Shown here: one piece after another, positions 27,301 to 58,346 of the stretch
How positions within the stretch are numbered: position 1 is the stretch's first letter
Layout of the letters: the number at the start of each line of letters is the position of its first letter
Position numbers and translations under genes: made by a program
DNA from: Podarcis cretensis
Taxonomy: Eukaryota
Reading direction: 5' to 3'
Length of the DNA stretch: 64,000 nt
NCBI GenBank assembly: GCA_951804945.1
Contig: OX638150.1
Coordinates: forward strand, 42,966,001 to 43,030,000
Notes under the pieces: generated by a model
Databases searched by the model: none
Told to the model about the DNA's origin: nothing
Seen by the model: the letters and a program-made list of their open reading frames with translations, nothing else

Positions 27301-30300
27301 GGCTGACCGCCAGCTACCATGAGCCTCACTTGATAGTTGGATTTCCCCTCCTTGGAGATGAAGCGTTCATCATTCACCACAGCGGCAAGGCGGACAGCAG
27401 CCTCATCTAGGCGGTCAATGGAGCGCAGGTACTCAATATATTCCTCAGCATTCTCCGGGCTCAGCTGCAACATAAAAACGCGTACAGCTCAGAATCCACC
27501 AGAATGCTGACAAGACCAAAACAGTGGCAGTAGAAGAGCTAATGTAGATTAATTGCAGCACTGCTAGAAGTGCCAACTCAAGGTTAGCTAAGAATACAAG
27601 GAGTAGCTTACAACCCTTTGTGCATAGTGTGTTATAGCTATTTAAGATTTGTCGGGGGGAACAAGTGTGATTTCTTTTAGGCAACATGACAAAATTTTCA
27701 CTTATTCCAAAATTAAAATAAAAAACAGCAGATTAAACAGACTACTATCTACAGATTTAGAGCAGACAACATTTTGTAAAGAGGTGTCCTAGTTCAGGAG
27801 TCCTAAGCAAAGGGTTTCAGACCCAGAACCCCTTTTTATGTCCATCTGCAATGCAGGATCTACTTAAGAGTTGGCATATGTTCATTTATCCTCGCTGTAG
27901 GGTGATCAGATGCAAAAAAAAGTACAACGTCTTGCATCTTTACCAGATGTATATAAGAGGGAGTTGTAAAAGATGGAATTAGTCATATAGGGCTGCAAAA
28001 AAATTGTCCCTGCTGAAACTTCCTGTTCTGCGAAACTACTGAAGGCTAAGGGATTGTGGCTTCCTTTGCATCTGGTGTCTTGGTTTCTTTAAAAATAACA
28101 GAAAAAAGAAAATTATTGTGCGCCACTGATGTAATTTACAACAAGAGTCTGCATCTCAACTCCCAGCTGAAGGCCAGTTCTTGGGTTAACACAATGAAAT
28201 GTGCATTAGTATTTCTGGAAAATTTCCCTGATCTGATCTAGAGAGGTTCCCAATTAAATAACACTTTTGTCCGATACTCTCCCTTTGAGAAGGGATTTCT
28301 CTGCCGAAAAAGCAATTTTATTGTTCTCTGTCATAAATGAAATCAATCAAATATTTTGGTGCTATTGAAGAATTTATTCCACAGCCTTCTGATCTCTCTG
28401 TACCCTCTCTAGCCACTTCCAAACACTAGGAGTACCCAAGTCAAATACAGTATTCCAGAAGAAGTTTCACAAGGGCTATGCACAAGATTAAAAGCAGGAC
28501 AAGAATTCATTCAGTGCTAATAATGAAAAGGAGCCTAAAAGAGAAGAAACCCATTTAGGCAGTCATTGCTCAAGGAAGACAACACCTTCTCTACAAAGAT
28601 TACGCAGATGGCTCAGAGGTGGAAGAATTTGGTAAGACAAATTAGTTGGGGACATGTGGGCTCCCTTACCTTCAGGTACCTGCGGTAGACCCGTACAGCT
28701 GTCTCGGGTAATGGATACAGGCGCACAAACTTCAGGTAGAGTGGCCAGATACGATGGTGCTGTGTGATGGGCAGGGCCCGGAGGGCTCGGTCAAAGGTCC
28801 TACGGGTGCGGGTGATCCGACACTGGTCCATAAGAAACTGGCAGTAATCTAGCCATATCCGAGGCATCTACAATCAGACAGATAATAAGAAAATAGCAAC
28901 TCCCTTTGGGGATCCGACCAAAGGTTAACACTGTCCCACAGCCTGCTTCTAATAGTGGCTACACATATGTGACTAGGAAGTTCACAAGTGGGCTATGACA
29001 AACAACAGTGGCTTGCATCTAGCATGCAGCAGTCAAGTAAGTCACTGCCCCTGAATACAGCTGTTCCATTTTTAGAAATTCTGCTTAATGGACTTCACCA
29101 ATTTATCTATTTCTTTATTCAAAAAGCCAACGAACTTACTTGCAAACTCCACACTTTGTAATACTAGGGTTGCCATACGTCTGGAATTTCCCGGACATAG
29201 CCAGGATTCGGCCGTCTGAAACAGTGTCCAACAACTTTTGTGTGTTTCCTTTTTGCTTATCCTAAACCTATTGCAATCTATTACCGTATTTTCCCGTGTA
29301 TAAGACTAGGTTTCCCCCCTAAAAATAATGTCCAAAATTTGGGGGCATCTTATACACAGATAGATCTCTAATTTCACTAGGAGACTCAAGTACTAGTGTT
29401 TTGAATAAAAAATTCTCTACAGAATGGCTCATCAGTTTACAAACCCTTCAGGGATTTTCGTTAAGGCTTTCTTCTTAAGGAAGGAGCTCCCCTGTTATTT
29501 TTATCATTCCCTTCCCATTGCTATGTGGCATCTACAACAGTTTCTGAGACAAACTCACAGATTTAGGCTAAAGACTGTTGTTTTTAAGAGAGTTGAAAGT
29601 GGTACACTAGAGCCATTATTGAACTCTACATATGCACACATCTGAGAAACAGTTCTGGAATCAAAACATATGTGAGGCCTTCACACAGATATTGTCATAA
29701 CCCAGCCAGAATAGCAGCCATTATGATTGACTCACTTTTCCCAGGTGTTACCAGCCCTCTAAGCATATCACCAACCACTGTACCTTGTGCATGAAGACAA
29801 GGGCACGCTCATGACAGTTGTTCACTTCTTCATAGCTGGGATCCGTTACACACTTGCTCTTTACCTGCTTCCGTCGCTGCTTGAGATAATTATACCATAG
29901 CTTGTAGCTGCAAAACACAAAGGGGGCAGCTATTAACATTAAAGTAAAATATTTTGCCATGTTACTCCCAGCTCTCATTACGAGGGGAGTTGGATGATCA
30001 TAGTGCCTTGCTCCTGAAATAAACCAGGGAAACATCAACAGGGACAGCAAGGAGTTCCATCTGTTGAGGGTATTCCTGTCTGCTTTCAGAAGAGACCAGA
30101 AAACAGACCATAAGAAACTCCCCTCAGCTCTGGAGAAGTTAAGAGTTAGTCTTTCATTTACATTTTTTATACAACAATTCCTTATGAAAATCTGGATTGA
30201 AAAAGGTTACCCTACTATCTTCATGCGGTTTGCTAAAGAACTTTACATAAAAGAGACACAAGTGCATACCTGCCTGGCAATTCCTTAAGAGCTCTCTCAT

Positions 30301-31418
30301 AGATCAGATTCAATATATGCTTAGGAGCATTTTGCTTGAATTCAATGTAGCGGATCCAGCACTTGACAGAGAAGGGGTTGCGCAATATTTCTTCTTCATA
30401 TTGCAAGTCTTCCTCTTCCTGTGTAGGGGTGAGGAGCAAGGCGATATAAATTTAGAGAGAGGATGTACTATTATATTTCTTTGTGCAGCACTGTTATAAC
30501 TTAGGCACCCCAATGTTATCTTCAGGCGTTTGAAAAATGCTACCTAATTTTACATGTGAAAAATGAACCAAAAAATCATCACTTCATATTTTACTGCAGC
30601 CACAAATTCACTAAGTAATCTTTAGCAAGTCTCTGGCCCCAGCTCTAAGCTCAAATATTGGGAGGGGGGGTGTACAATCTTACCTTACAGGACTACTGTA
30701 AGTTAGTAACGACCAAAGCAAATATTATAGAGCAGCATTTCTCAATCTTGGGTCCCAAATACTGCTGAACCACAAGTCCCATCATCCCTGACCACTGGTC
30801 CTGCTAGCTAGAAATAACAGGAATTGTAGTCCAACAACATCTGGGAACCCAAGGTTGTGAAAGGCTGTTACAAAGAATCATACAACAGCTGTCACTCTAA
30901 GCCTCTTCCTTTTTAAATGTCTACTTAAAATAACATAGAGTGACATCATGATAAGCACCCCACTTTAACATCATAGGCTGGCAGAAGCAGTATGATGATG
31001 TCATATCACAATCATTTTTGGTATTAAATGTTACAAGAAGAAGTGAGTCAAAGGGCACAAAGAGACAGCGGTTCTCTCGTGTAACAACACTTGGCCTGGC
31101 CATACGGTACACGGGACATTTTGAACACTTAAAATTCGCTGCACGAATGCAAAGTAGAATTATTGTGCAAGGCGACTCGCCATTAGCAGGATTACATCGC
31201 TTTTCCTTGACTTGGTTCAATCTTGAGGGGAAAGAACTCTGCACATGTTCGAAGGAAGCCTCGCCTTTTATTTATTTATTTATTAAGTTCTGTGGACGAA
31301 AGGGAGGCTCGGCCTAGGCAGGACCCGTCCGAGCATTTCACCCCCCGACACCTTCCCACCGGGGCCTACTCACGAAAAAGAGCTCCCGCTTCCCCAACAC
31401 CGTCTCCAGCTCCGGCAT
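15388..31418 (-). CDS. XAB2: XAB2 / SYF1 pre-mRNA splicing factor (HAT/TPR repeats), complete, 19 exons, 852 aa
   Basis: Exons (minus strand) 31374-31418, 30270-30418, 29784-29907, 28670-28867, 27330-27464, 27001-27165, 24654-24798, 24026-24177, 23286-23405, 22458-22589, 21727-21858, 20078-20191, 19427-19589, 18629-18819, 17923-18045, 17182-17353, 16935-17061, 15753-15862, 15388-15449. Total 2559 nt, all [40 protein letters not shown]...VFGGLKDD* matches vertebrate XAB2 throughout. Confidence 0.97.
17590..17645. repeat. (AAT)n / A-rich microsatellite
   Basis: taataataaataaaaataat...aataataataataa. Confidence 0.8.
17774..17912 (-). mobile_element. CR1 LINE 3'-end fragment
   Basis: cacagaattgtagagttggaagggtccccgagggtcaactagtccaacc is the reverse of the CR1 3' terminus. 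Confidence 0.65.
22761..23052 (+). mobile_element. Tc1/mariner-type MITE, copy 1 (XAB2 intron 9)
   Basis: TIR CAGTGGTGCC(C/T)CGCAAGACGAA, TA TSD on both sides, internal CGCAAGACGAA repeats. Confidence 0.88.
25231..25696. mobile_element. hAT non-autonomous element
   Basis: Imperfect TIRs cggtagttttcaacct / aggttgaaaacctctg; 8-bp TSD GGCTAAAT (25223-25230, 25697-25704). Confidence 0.8.
26458..26754 (+). mobile_element. Tc1/mariner-type MITE, copy 2 (XAB2 intron 6)
   Basis: Same TIRs and TA TSD; highly similar to copy 1. Confidence 0.88.
30733..30867. repeat. Near-complete copy of the short palindromic MITE
   Basis: cagcatttctcaatcttgggtccc...gggaacccaaggttgtgaaaggctg, with self-complementary arms. 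Confidence 0.65.
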
Positions 31419-32220
31419 CTTGGACTCTTCCCACACCCAGCGAGCAAGCGAGGCGCACGGCAATGACGCAAAAGCGCAGCTGCGGTTCAGAGCTCGGGCT
31501 CTCTCCTCCGCTTGCGTCACTTGGCCAGCAACAGTCCTATTGGTCATCCGACAGGGAGGGCGTTTCCTTTCCGTCTTCAGGCCGCCATGTTGCTTGCGGG
31601 CGCCATCTTCGGAAGACTTTAGGGGCGTGGCATATGCGAAAGCGGGCGGGACCAAAGGGTGGGCGGGGCCCGTTCAGCATCGGCCAAGCGTCGCCATGGG
31701 GGTGAAGCTGGAGGTGTTCCGGGTCTGTGGCGCGCGGGGTCCTCCGGGGGTGGGGATGGGGATTTCTCTTTCGCAGACAGAGTCTTGTGCAGCTCCCCCG
31801 GGGCAAAAACCTCCTCTGGTGACTCGCCCCGGCAGGCTCTCTTTTCTCTCTTGGGGGCTCGCTGGCCAACATACGAGTTTAAGATAAGATCCTCCCGCCT
31901 TGGAGCCCTTCACTTGCCTCGGAGAGCTTCGCTTTTATGGGTTAAAATATATAACTGGAAGGGCAGGCAGCTCGATCTTATTTTCAAGGCAATAGATGTA
32001 GTTTTGAATATCTGTTAGGTTTCATACATGCATAATGTTGGGAAGCACGTAGGAAAGAGCAGGCTGCGCTTACTCGCGGGTATCTGCAGGGAAATGACGT
32101 CTGTCCTCCCCGAAGAGCAGGTCGGGGTGGTTACAATTCCAATGCGGAAACTGGTGAAATGCACTCCTCGTTAGTGTGCCCGAGGTGCCGCTGCGCCCTG
32201 CGTCTTCCTTCGCCCTAGAA
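31300..32220. promoter_or_regulatory. CpG-island bidirectional promoter shared by XAB2 and PET100
   Basis: CpG-rich, with divergent ATGs only 277 bp apart (31418 and 31696). Two YY1-type CGCCATNTT motifs (31583-31591, 31601-31609), an inverted pair of TGACGCAA (31464-31471, 31512-31519), a reverse CCAAT at about 31538 and a GC box GGGCGGGG at 31661. Confidence 0.85.
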
Positions 32221-34302
32221 GCACAGCCCTTGATGTTGTCAGTGATCCTTTCCTTCTCTCCCTCCGCATCCTGCTGCCCAGTAACTTCGCCTGCAACCTA
32301 GATGTGTTTCTCTTCCTTTATGCCATTTCTCCTTTCTACTGTTACTTCTGCCATATGATGGTCGTCGTCCTGACCTTTTAGCAAGAGATGAGAGGAAGCT
32401 TCTGCCGTCAAGGGCCAGATTGGGCAAAATCTAATAAAACCCTGCAAAGTGTCCCAATGCACCTGTATTATCATCTGACTTCCTATCTCCTTTCTCTTGC
32501 AGATGATGCTGTATTTATCTTTTCCTGTTGCTATGTTCTGGATTTCAAATCAGGCAGATTATTTTGAAGAATATGTTATCAAGCGGAAGGTCAGTTTTGT
32601 CATGTAATTAGAATGGGAAGAACAGGGTGGACTTATGAAATCATTTCCAAACCTTTCCTGTGAGGTTTTATCTGTTTTTTTTTTAAAAAAATTCTCATGC
32701 TGATTTTACCTCTGGAATTGGAAAAGAAAAACCCAGGCTTCCTTTTATTGCATTTTACTCAACAGCCATTTACTGGGAGCCTGGCTTCTACAAGCAAGTA
32801 CAGTGGTGCCTCGCAAGACGAAAAGAATCCGTTCTGCGAGTCTCTTCGTCTAGCGGTTTTTTCGTCTTGCGAAGGAAGCCCATTGACGGCTTAGCGGATT
32901 AGCACTATTAGCGGTTTAGCGGCTTTTAGCGGCTTAGAAAAAGGGGAGGGGAGGAAAAAAACCCCGCAGGAACTCACAAGACATTTTCGTCTTGCGAAGC
33001 AAGCCCATAGGAAATTCGTTTTGCGAAGCACCTCCAAAACGGAAAACTCTTTTGTCTAGCGAGTTTTCCATCTTGCGAGGCATTCGCCTTGTGGGGCACC
33101 ACTGTACTGTATGCAAAAGCTGGCATTGCACACAGTGCATCTAGTTGTTTCTGGTCTGCTGTTTAGCAGGAGTCATTGGTCTGTAAATAAACAAAATTAA
33201 TAATAATAATAAGTGGAACCTGCAGCAAAATGTTGCAGCATATATTCTCTCTTAAAAGTAGGCTTCCTGTTCAGGGTTCTAGTCAGCCATTCCCTCCAAG
33301 GAAGGCTTTTCACTTCTCTCCTCTTCCTTTTTATTTTTCAGCTCTCAGTCTATATTCTATGAGCATTCTTAACCCTGGGCTATTGGGGGGCGTTACCTCT
33401 TTCAGTTTTAGTTTTAAAGACTGCCCCCCCCCACTTCTGACACTATCAGGGTTACCCCAAGCATTCCGATGCTGTTCCTTGGTGGCCCCATTTGGCTTAT
33501 GCTACTGTCTGTGCTTGACACCTGAACTATTAGGAGAATAAACAAGATTTTTTCAACTGTGTTAAGAGGCCAGGACTTATCTCTTTCTTTCCTAGGTAAA
33601 TGTTCTTCTTAGGCATGAGATTCTTAATCTCAGGGTCTTAGGTTTGAGCCCCAGGTTGGACAAAAGATCTCTGCATTGCAGGGGGTTGGACTAGATGACT
33701 CTAGTGTTCCCTTCCAACTCTACAATTCTGATTCTATCCCCAGTGTCAGTCTCTTGAAAATTAGGAAGACTTTTCAGTTCTCGTAGAATTCTGGTTTGTT
33801 CGCTCACTCAAGCTGGCTGTATTTTCCCTGCCCTCTTGGTGTTTTTGACAAATTTGCCTGCTTTCTGCTTGTACGGCAGTGGAAATTTAGGTGGCATGGT
33901 TTTTAATCTGTTTCAATATAAAAGCAGGACTTACCAATAATATGATTCCCTTTTTAATCCTTTTCCTTCAGAGAGAGATATACCCACCTGAAGATAATTA
34001 CCAGGTAAATATGCCTCAACAATGAATACTGCATGTCTAATCCAGGAGTGGGGGACCTGTGACCTTCCAGATGTTAGCCTGCAGCTCCCATCTTTCCTGA
34101 CCATTGGCCATGCTGGCTAGGACTGATTGGCATTGGGATTCCAACTGGAGGGCCACAAGTAGCCCACCCCCGGTCTAAGCGAACAGATCATTTATGATGA
34201 AATTGACACTTCTGTCTTCTCCAGAGAAAAGAACTGGAAGACTTCAAAGAGAGAATGAGGAAGGAACACGAGAAGCGGATGCTGCAGTCAGCTAAGGAAT
34301 AA
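31696..34302 (+). CDS. PET100: PET100 cytochrome c oxidase chaperone, complete, 4 exons, 74 aa
   Basis: Exons 31696-31722, 32503-32589, 33972-34004, 34225-34302, all phase 0. MGVKLEVFRMMLYLSFPVAMFWISNQADYFEEYVIKRKREIYPPEDNYQRKELEDFKERMRKEHEKRMLQSAKE* is recognisably PET100. AATAAA at 34384-34389. Confidence 0.95.
32801..33104 (-). mobile_element. Tc1/mariner-type MITE, copy 3 (PET100 intron 2, inverted)
   Basis: Same TIRs and TA TSD; reverse complement of copies 1 and 2. Confidence 0.88.
33610..33736 (+). mobile_element. tRNA-head / CR1-tail SINE
   Basis: B-box-like ggtttgagcccc followed by gggggttggactagatga...cccttccaactctacaattct (CR1 3' end). Confidence 0.6.
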
Positions 34303-35548
34303 TGACGTAGCATCATCCCCTTTCTCCCCAGGGTTTGATGCACTCTCAAGAAAGTTGTCATCACAAATCTCCTACTTTAACTTAATAAAAGCCCTCTAAA
34401 ACACTTTTTGTACTAAGAGATGAAGGGAATTGCAATGCAGTTTCACTTCGCATTCCTGAGTAATGGTTCTGTACATGCCTCCATGGCCGTCAACGGAAAA
34501 TGGGAAGAGGATATAGGCTCCTTCCTTCATGTTCTTCTGGCTCTTGCTGGGTGAAGCTGCTGAACCCTGTCTGCAAGTTTGGCAGCTGTCTTAGGAGAGT
34601 CACTTTGAATAAAAAGTTCTTTATAGAAAGACTGAATCTCTGTATGTCTTTCAATAAAGGTATCTGGGTGTCTTCAGAGATGCAAGTTATATTTCACTTG
34701 TCCTTGGACTGAAGATCTGTTTTATCCAGGTGGGTCCTTCTGCACGGCTTTCTTCTCTCATTGCTCTGGTTTGCACATCACATTAAACCATATTAAAATA
34801 AACTATTGTTTAGTGTGAATGGGCTGCTAAAAGCATGGGTGCAAGACAGATGGCTGAACAGGCCTTTGATTTGCTGGAATATATCCTGCAGTTTTATGAA
34901 GACGGGAGAAAAGTAGTTTGGTGCTGCAGGTGAACAGCCTGCCGTGATCTCTCTCTTACATTTTGTCAAACTTCTTGTGACTTCTGAAAACTAAAAGTAC
35001 AATCCACCCGCCGCCCCCCCCCCAAGAACTCTGTAATACTGGCAGCCCCATTGTGTAATCACCCAGTGCATTGAAAGCTTGATAGTTCAATATTCAAAAT
35101 CCAACGTACTTTCACAGTGTTCTGTTCTTGCTGGGCATGACCCTGTTCCATAAATGACTACATTTTACACTCTGTTCCGAGAAACCTTTTTTAATTGCAT
35201 TTATACATTTGAGGCAGCACTTGCCTCAGTGTCCAAGGGAACACTGCTAGGCATGTTAAGAGGGATAGAAGTAGAGGAATCTGATGTGTATGTGGGGAGG
35301 GGGACTTTGTGGGTAGGACTGCTTGCATCCTATGGGGAAGCAGTGCCAGGGCTTAGTGGAGTTGAGAAACAAGGTGTGTGCTTGTGTCTTGGGTAGTAGG
35401 ACTTGACAAATATCTCATGCAAGGACATTGAAAGAACCTCGTTATCAAAAATATTTGTAGATTACATCCCTACTGCTGGGTGGAGGAAATGTGAGGTTAA
35501 AGCAAAGCATGGTAGATTTGGGAGAGGAGGTCTTGCAGACCTGTGCCT

Positions 35549-56524
<20,976 letters not shown>

Positions 56525-56685
56525 TGTGAAACACCCCTCCTGTAAGTACTGCTCAAAATAGGTTCCTTCCCCCAGCGAAAAAGCTGTTTATCCCCTTGAG
56601 TTGGTGGTACAGGACCTGTCGGCGCTGTGCACTTTCCCTGCCCTCTGGCCACTCTGACAGTCCTGATGCCCGCTGCTCTTAGTGA

Positions 56686-56850
56686 TTTATACAGAACTAC
56701 AGCAGTAAGCACCCCCTCGCCGGCTCAGTGCCACCCTCTCCCCCGCACAGCCTCACTCTCTCCACACAGGAGATCAAAATCCATATTTTAATAAACACAG
56801 GCGTCCAATCTGCTCCCTCCATCGGATCCCCGTAATCTGCATAAAGATTA
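56686..56850 (-). promoter_or_regulatory. PCP2: Candidate promoter of the PCP2 KTEE first exon
   Basis: TATAAA (minus) at 56686-56691, about 160 nt upstream of the ATG at 56524; inverted TAATCT pair at 56833-56838 and 56845-56850. Confidence 0.5.
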
Positions 56851-58346
56851 TCCTGGATAATTGTCTCAAAAGAGCCAACACACACTTTGTTAGTGAGTGT
56901 GTGTGTGCTTATGTGTTCCCATGTGTGTACATGCACATGTGTTGCACCACAAGGAAACTGAGGAAAGCACATGCCTTTCCTTCTCGCCACTACATTTGTT
57001 TTGATGTGGCGTCATCCAGACTGCTAGCACAGTCCTTGTTTCCCTTGCCCTAATCAAGCCATGATCCGACTTCTCGTGATGTCCACTTTCAAATCAGATG
57101 TACTACACCTCTGACATGATACGACACTACTCATTTCGGGGTCTGGTACCTGAGTCAGCTACAGGCCTTAGTGCTTGGCCAGCCACTGTGAATTCTGGCT
57201 CAAGCTGACTCACAGCCCTCTGGGGTGATGTGGGAGGTAAGACTTGGCCCACTCAAGAATGCACTGCTACACACATGTGTGAACACCCTTCCTAGAGATA
57301 TAAAAGGCCTACACTAATAAATGCTTGGCACAATAGTGACAGGAAGAAAGTCACTGGCCTGTACTAAGTAGGTAGCAATAAAGTGAATTAATCTCTAATT
57401 TGTTACTTCATTAACAGTTATCTGAGCATGGAATTTCCTTTCTTGCGTTCTTAGCTCACTCATATATTTAGCCCCCCACATTACAAATGAGGAAATTATT
57501 CTGACAGTGTTCTGCCACACCCCTATAGAAGTAAAAGGGTAATAGGAAACAGCCAATGTTCTCTTAGGTAAGCAGGATCTTTTGATCCTGTCTTTATACT
57601 TTCCTTTCTCATAGTGGGACACGGGGATAAAATTGAACCAGGTAGTGGATTTGGTGAGCCCTTATTTCTGGCCCATGGAATAAAAGCTGAAATATATGAG
57701 TTGTGGCCAAGAAGCTTGTGTTCTGGATATGCTTGCTGCATGAAGCATATAAGTGTTTAAATTGTGGGAAGCCCTTTCTTGTGTAGAAGTTGAAGTTGGA
57801 AGGTTGATGGTAGATGGGGATTGTCTGCAGCAGCTGTAAGGTTCTTAAGGGAAAAGATGGGCTTTCATAGCAAAAAAGTATATGGGGGAAAGGGCTGGGA
57901 AAGTTGTTAGTCATGAACTATTTACAGATGAGGGCTGGTGGAGAAAGCAGGTACACAGGCTGGCCCAGTCCTCTGAGCCTAAATACATCTGCAGTATGAG
58001 GAAGAGCAGCTGAGTGTCAAAGGTTGACCTGGTCCAGCTGGTGCAGTTAGCCAGCTGTTGAGTTCAACAGGTGGCAAGTGGATCTTTTGAAACACAGGGA
58101 TGCCAAGGGATTTGTACAGCTTTGCAAGAGCAACTGTGGCCCTAACTTCTGCCTCCAGATTAAAGCAGAGCCATATTGTTACTCTAGGCAACTTGCCCAG
58201 CAAATGTTGGCAGCAGGGTCCGGAATAGGGTGCACATGCCTAGTAAGGTGAGTAGAAATTGGCCCTGATGGTAAATACCAACAAACAGGGTAGCCTGATG
58301 AAGGACAGAGGAGAGGCTTGAGGGCCGGGTCATGTCACTCACTCAC

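Noticed and set aside
15388-34302. U12-type or non-canonical introns in XAB2 and PET100
   Set aside because: All donors are ordinary GT without the GTATCCTT signature; PET100 intron 1 (gtctgt) is merely weak.
57500-57930. Possible decayed retroelement coding fragment
   Set aside because: I could not identify any diagnostic motif with confidence.
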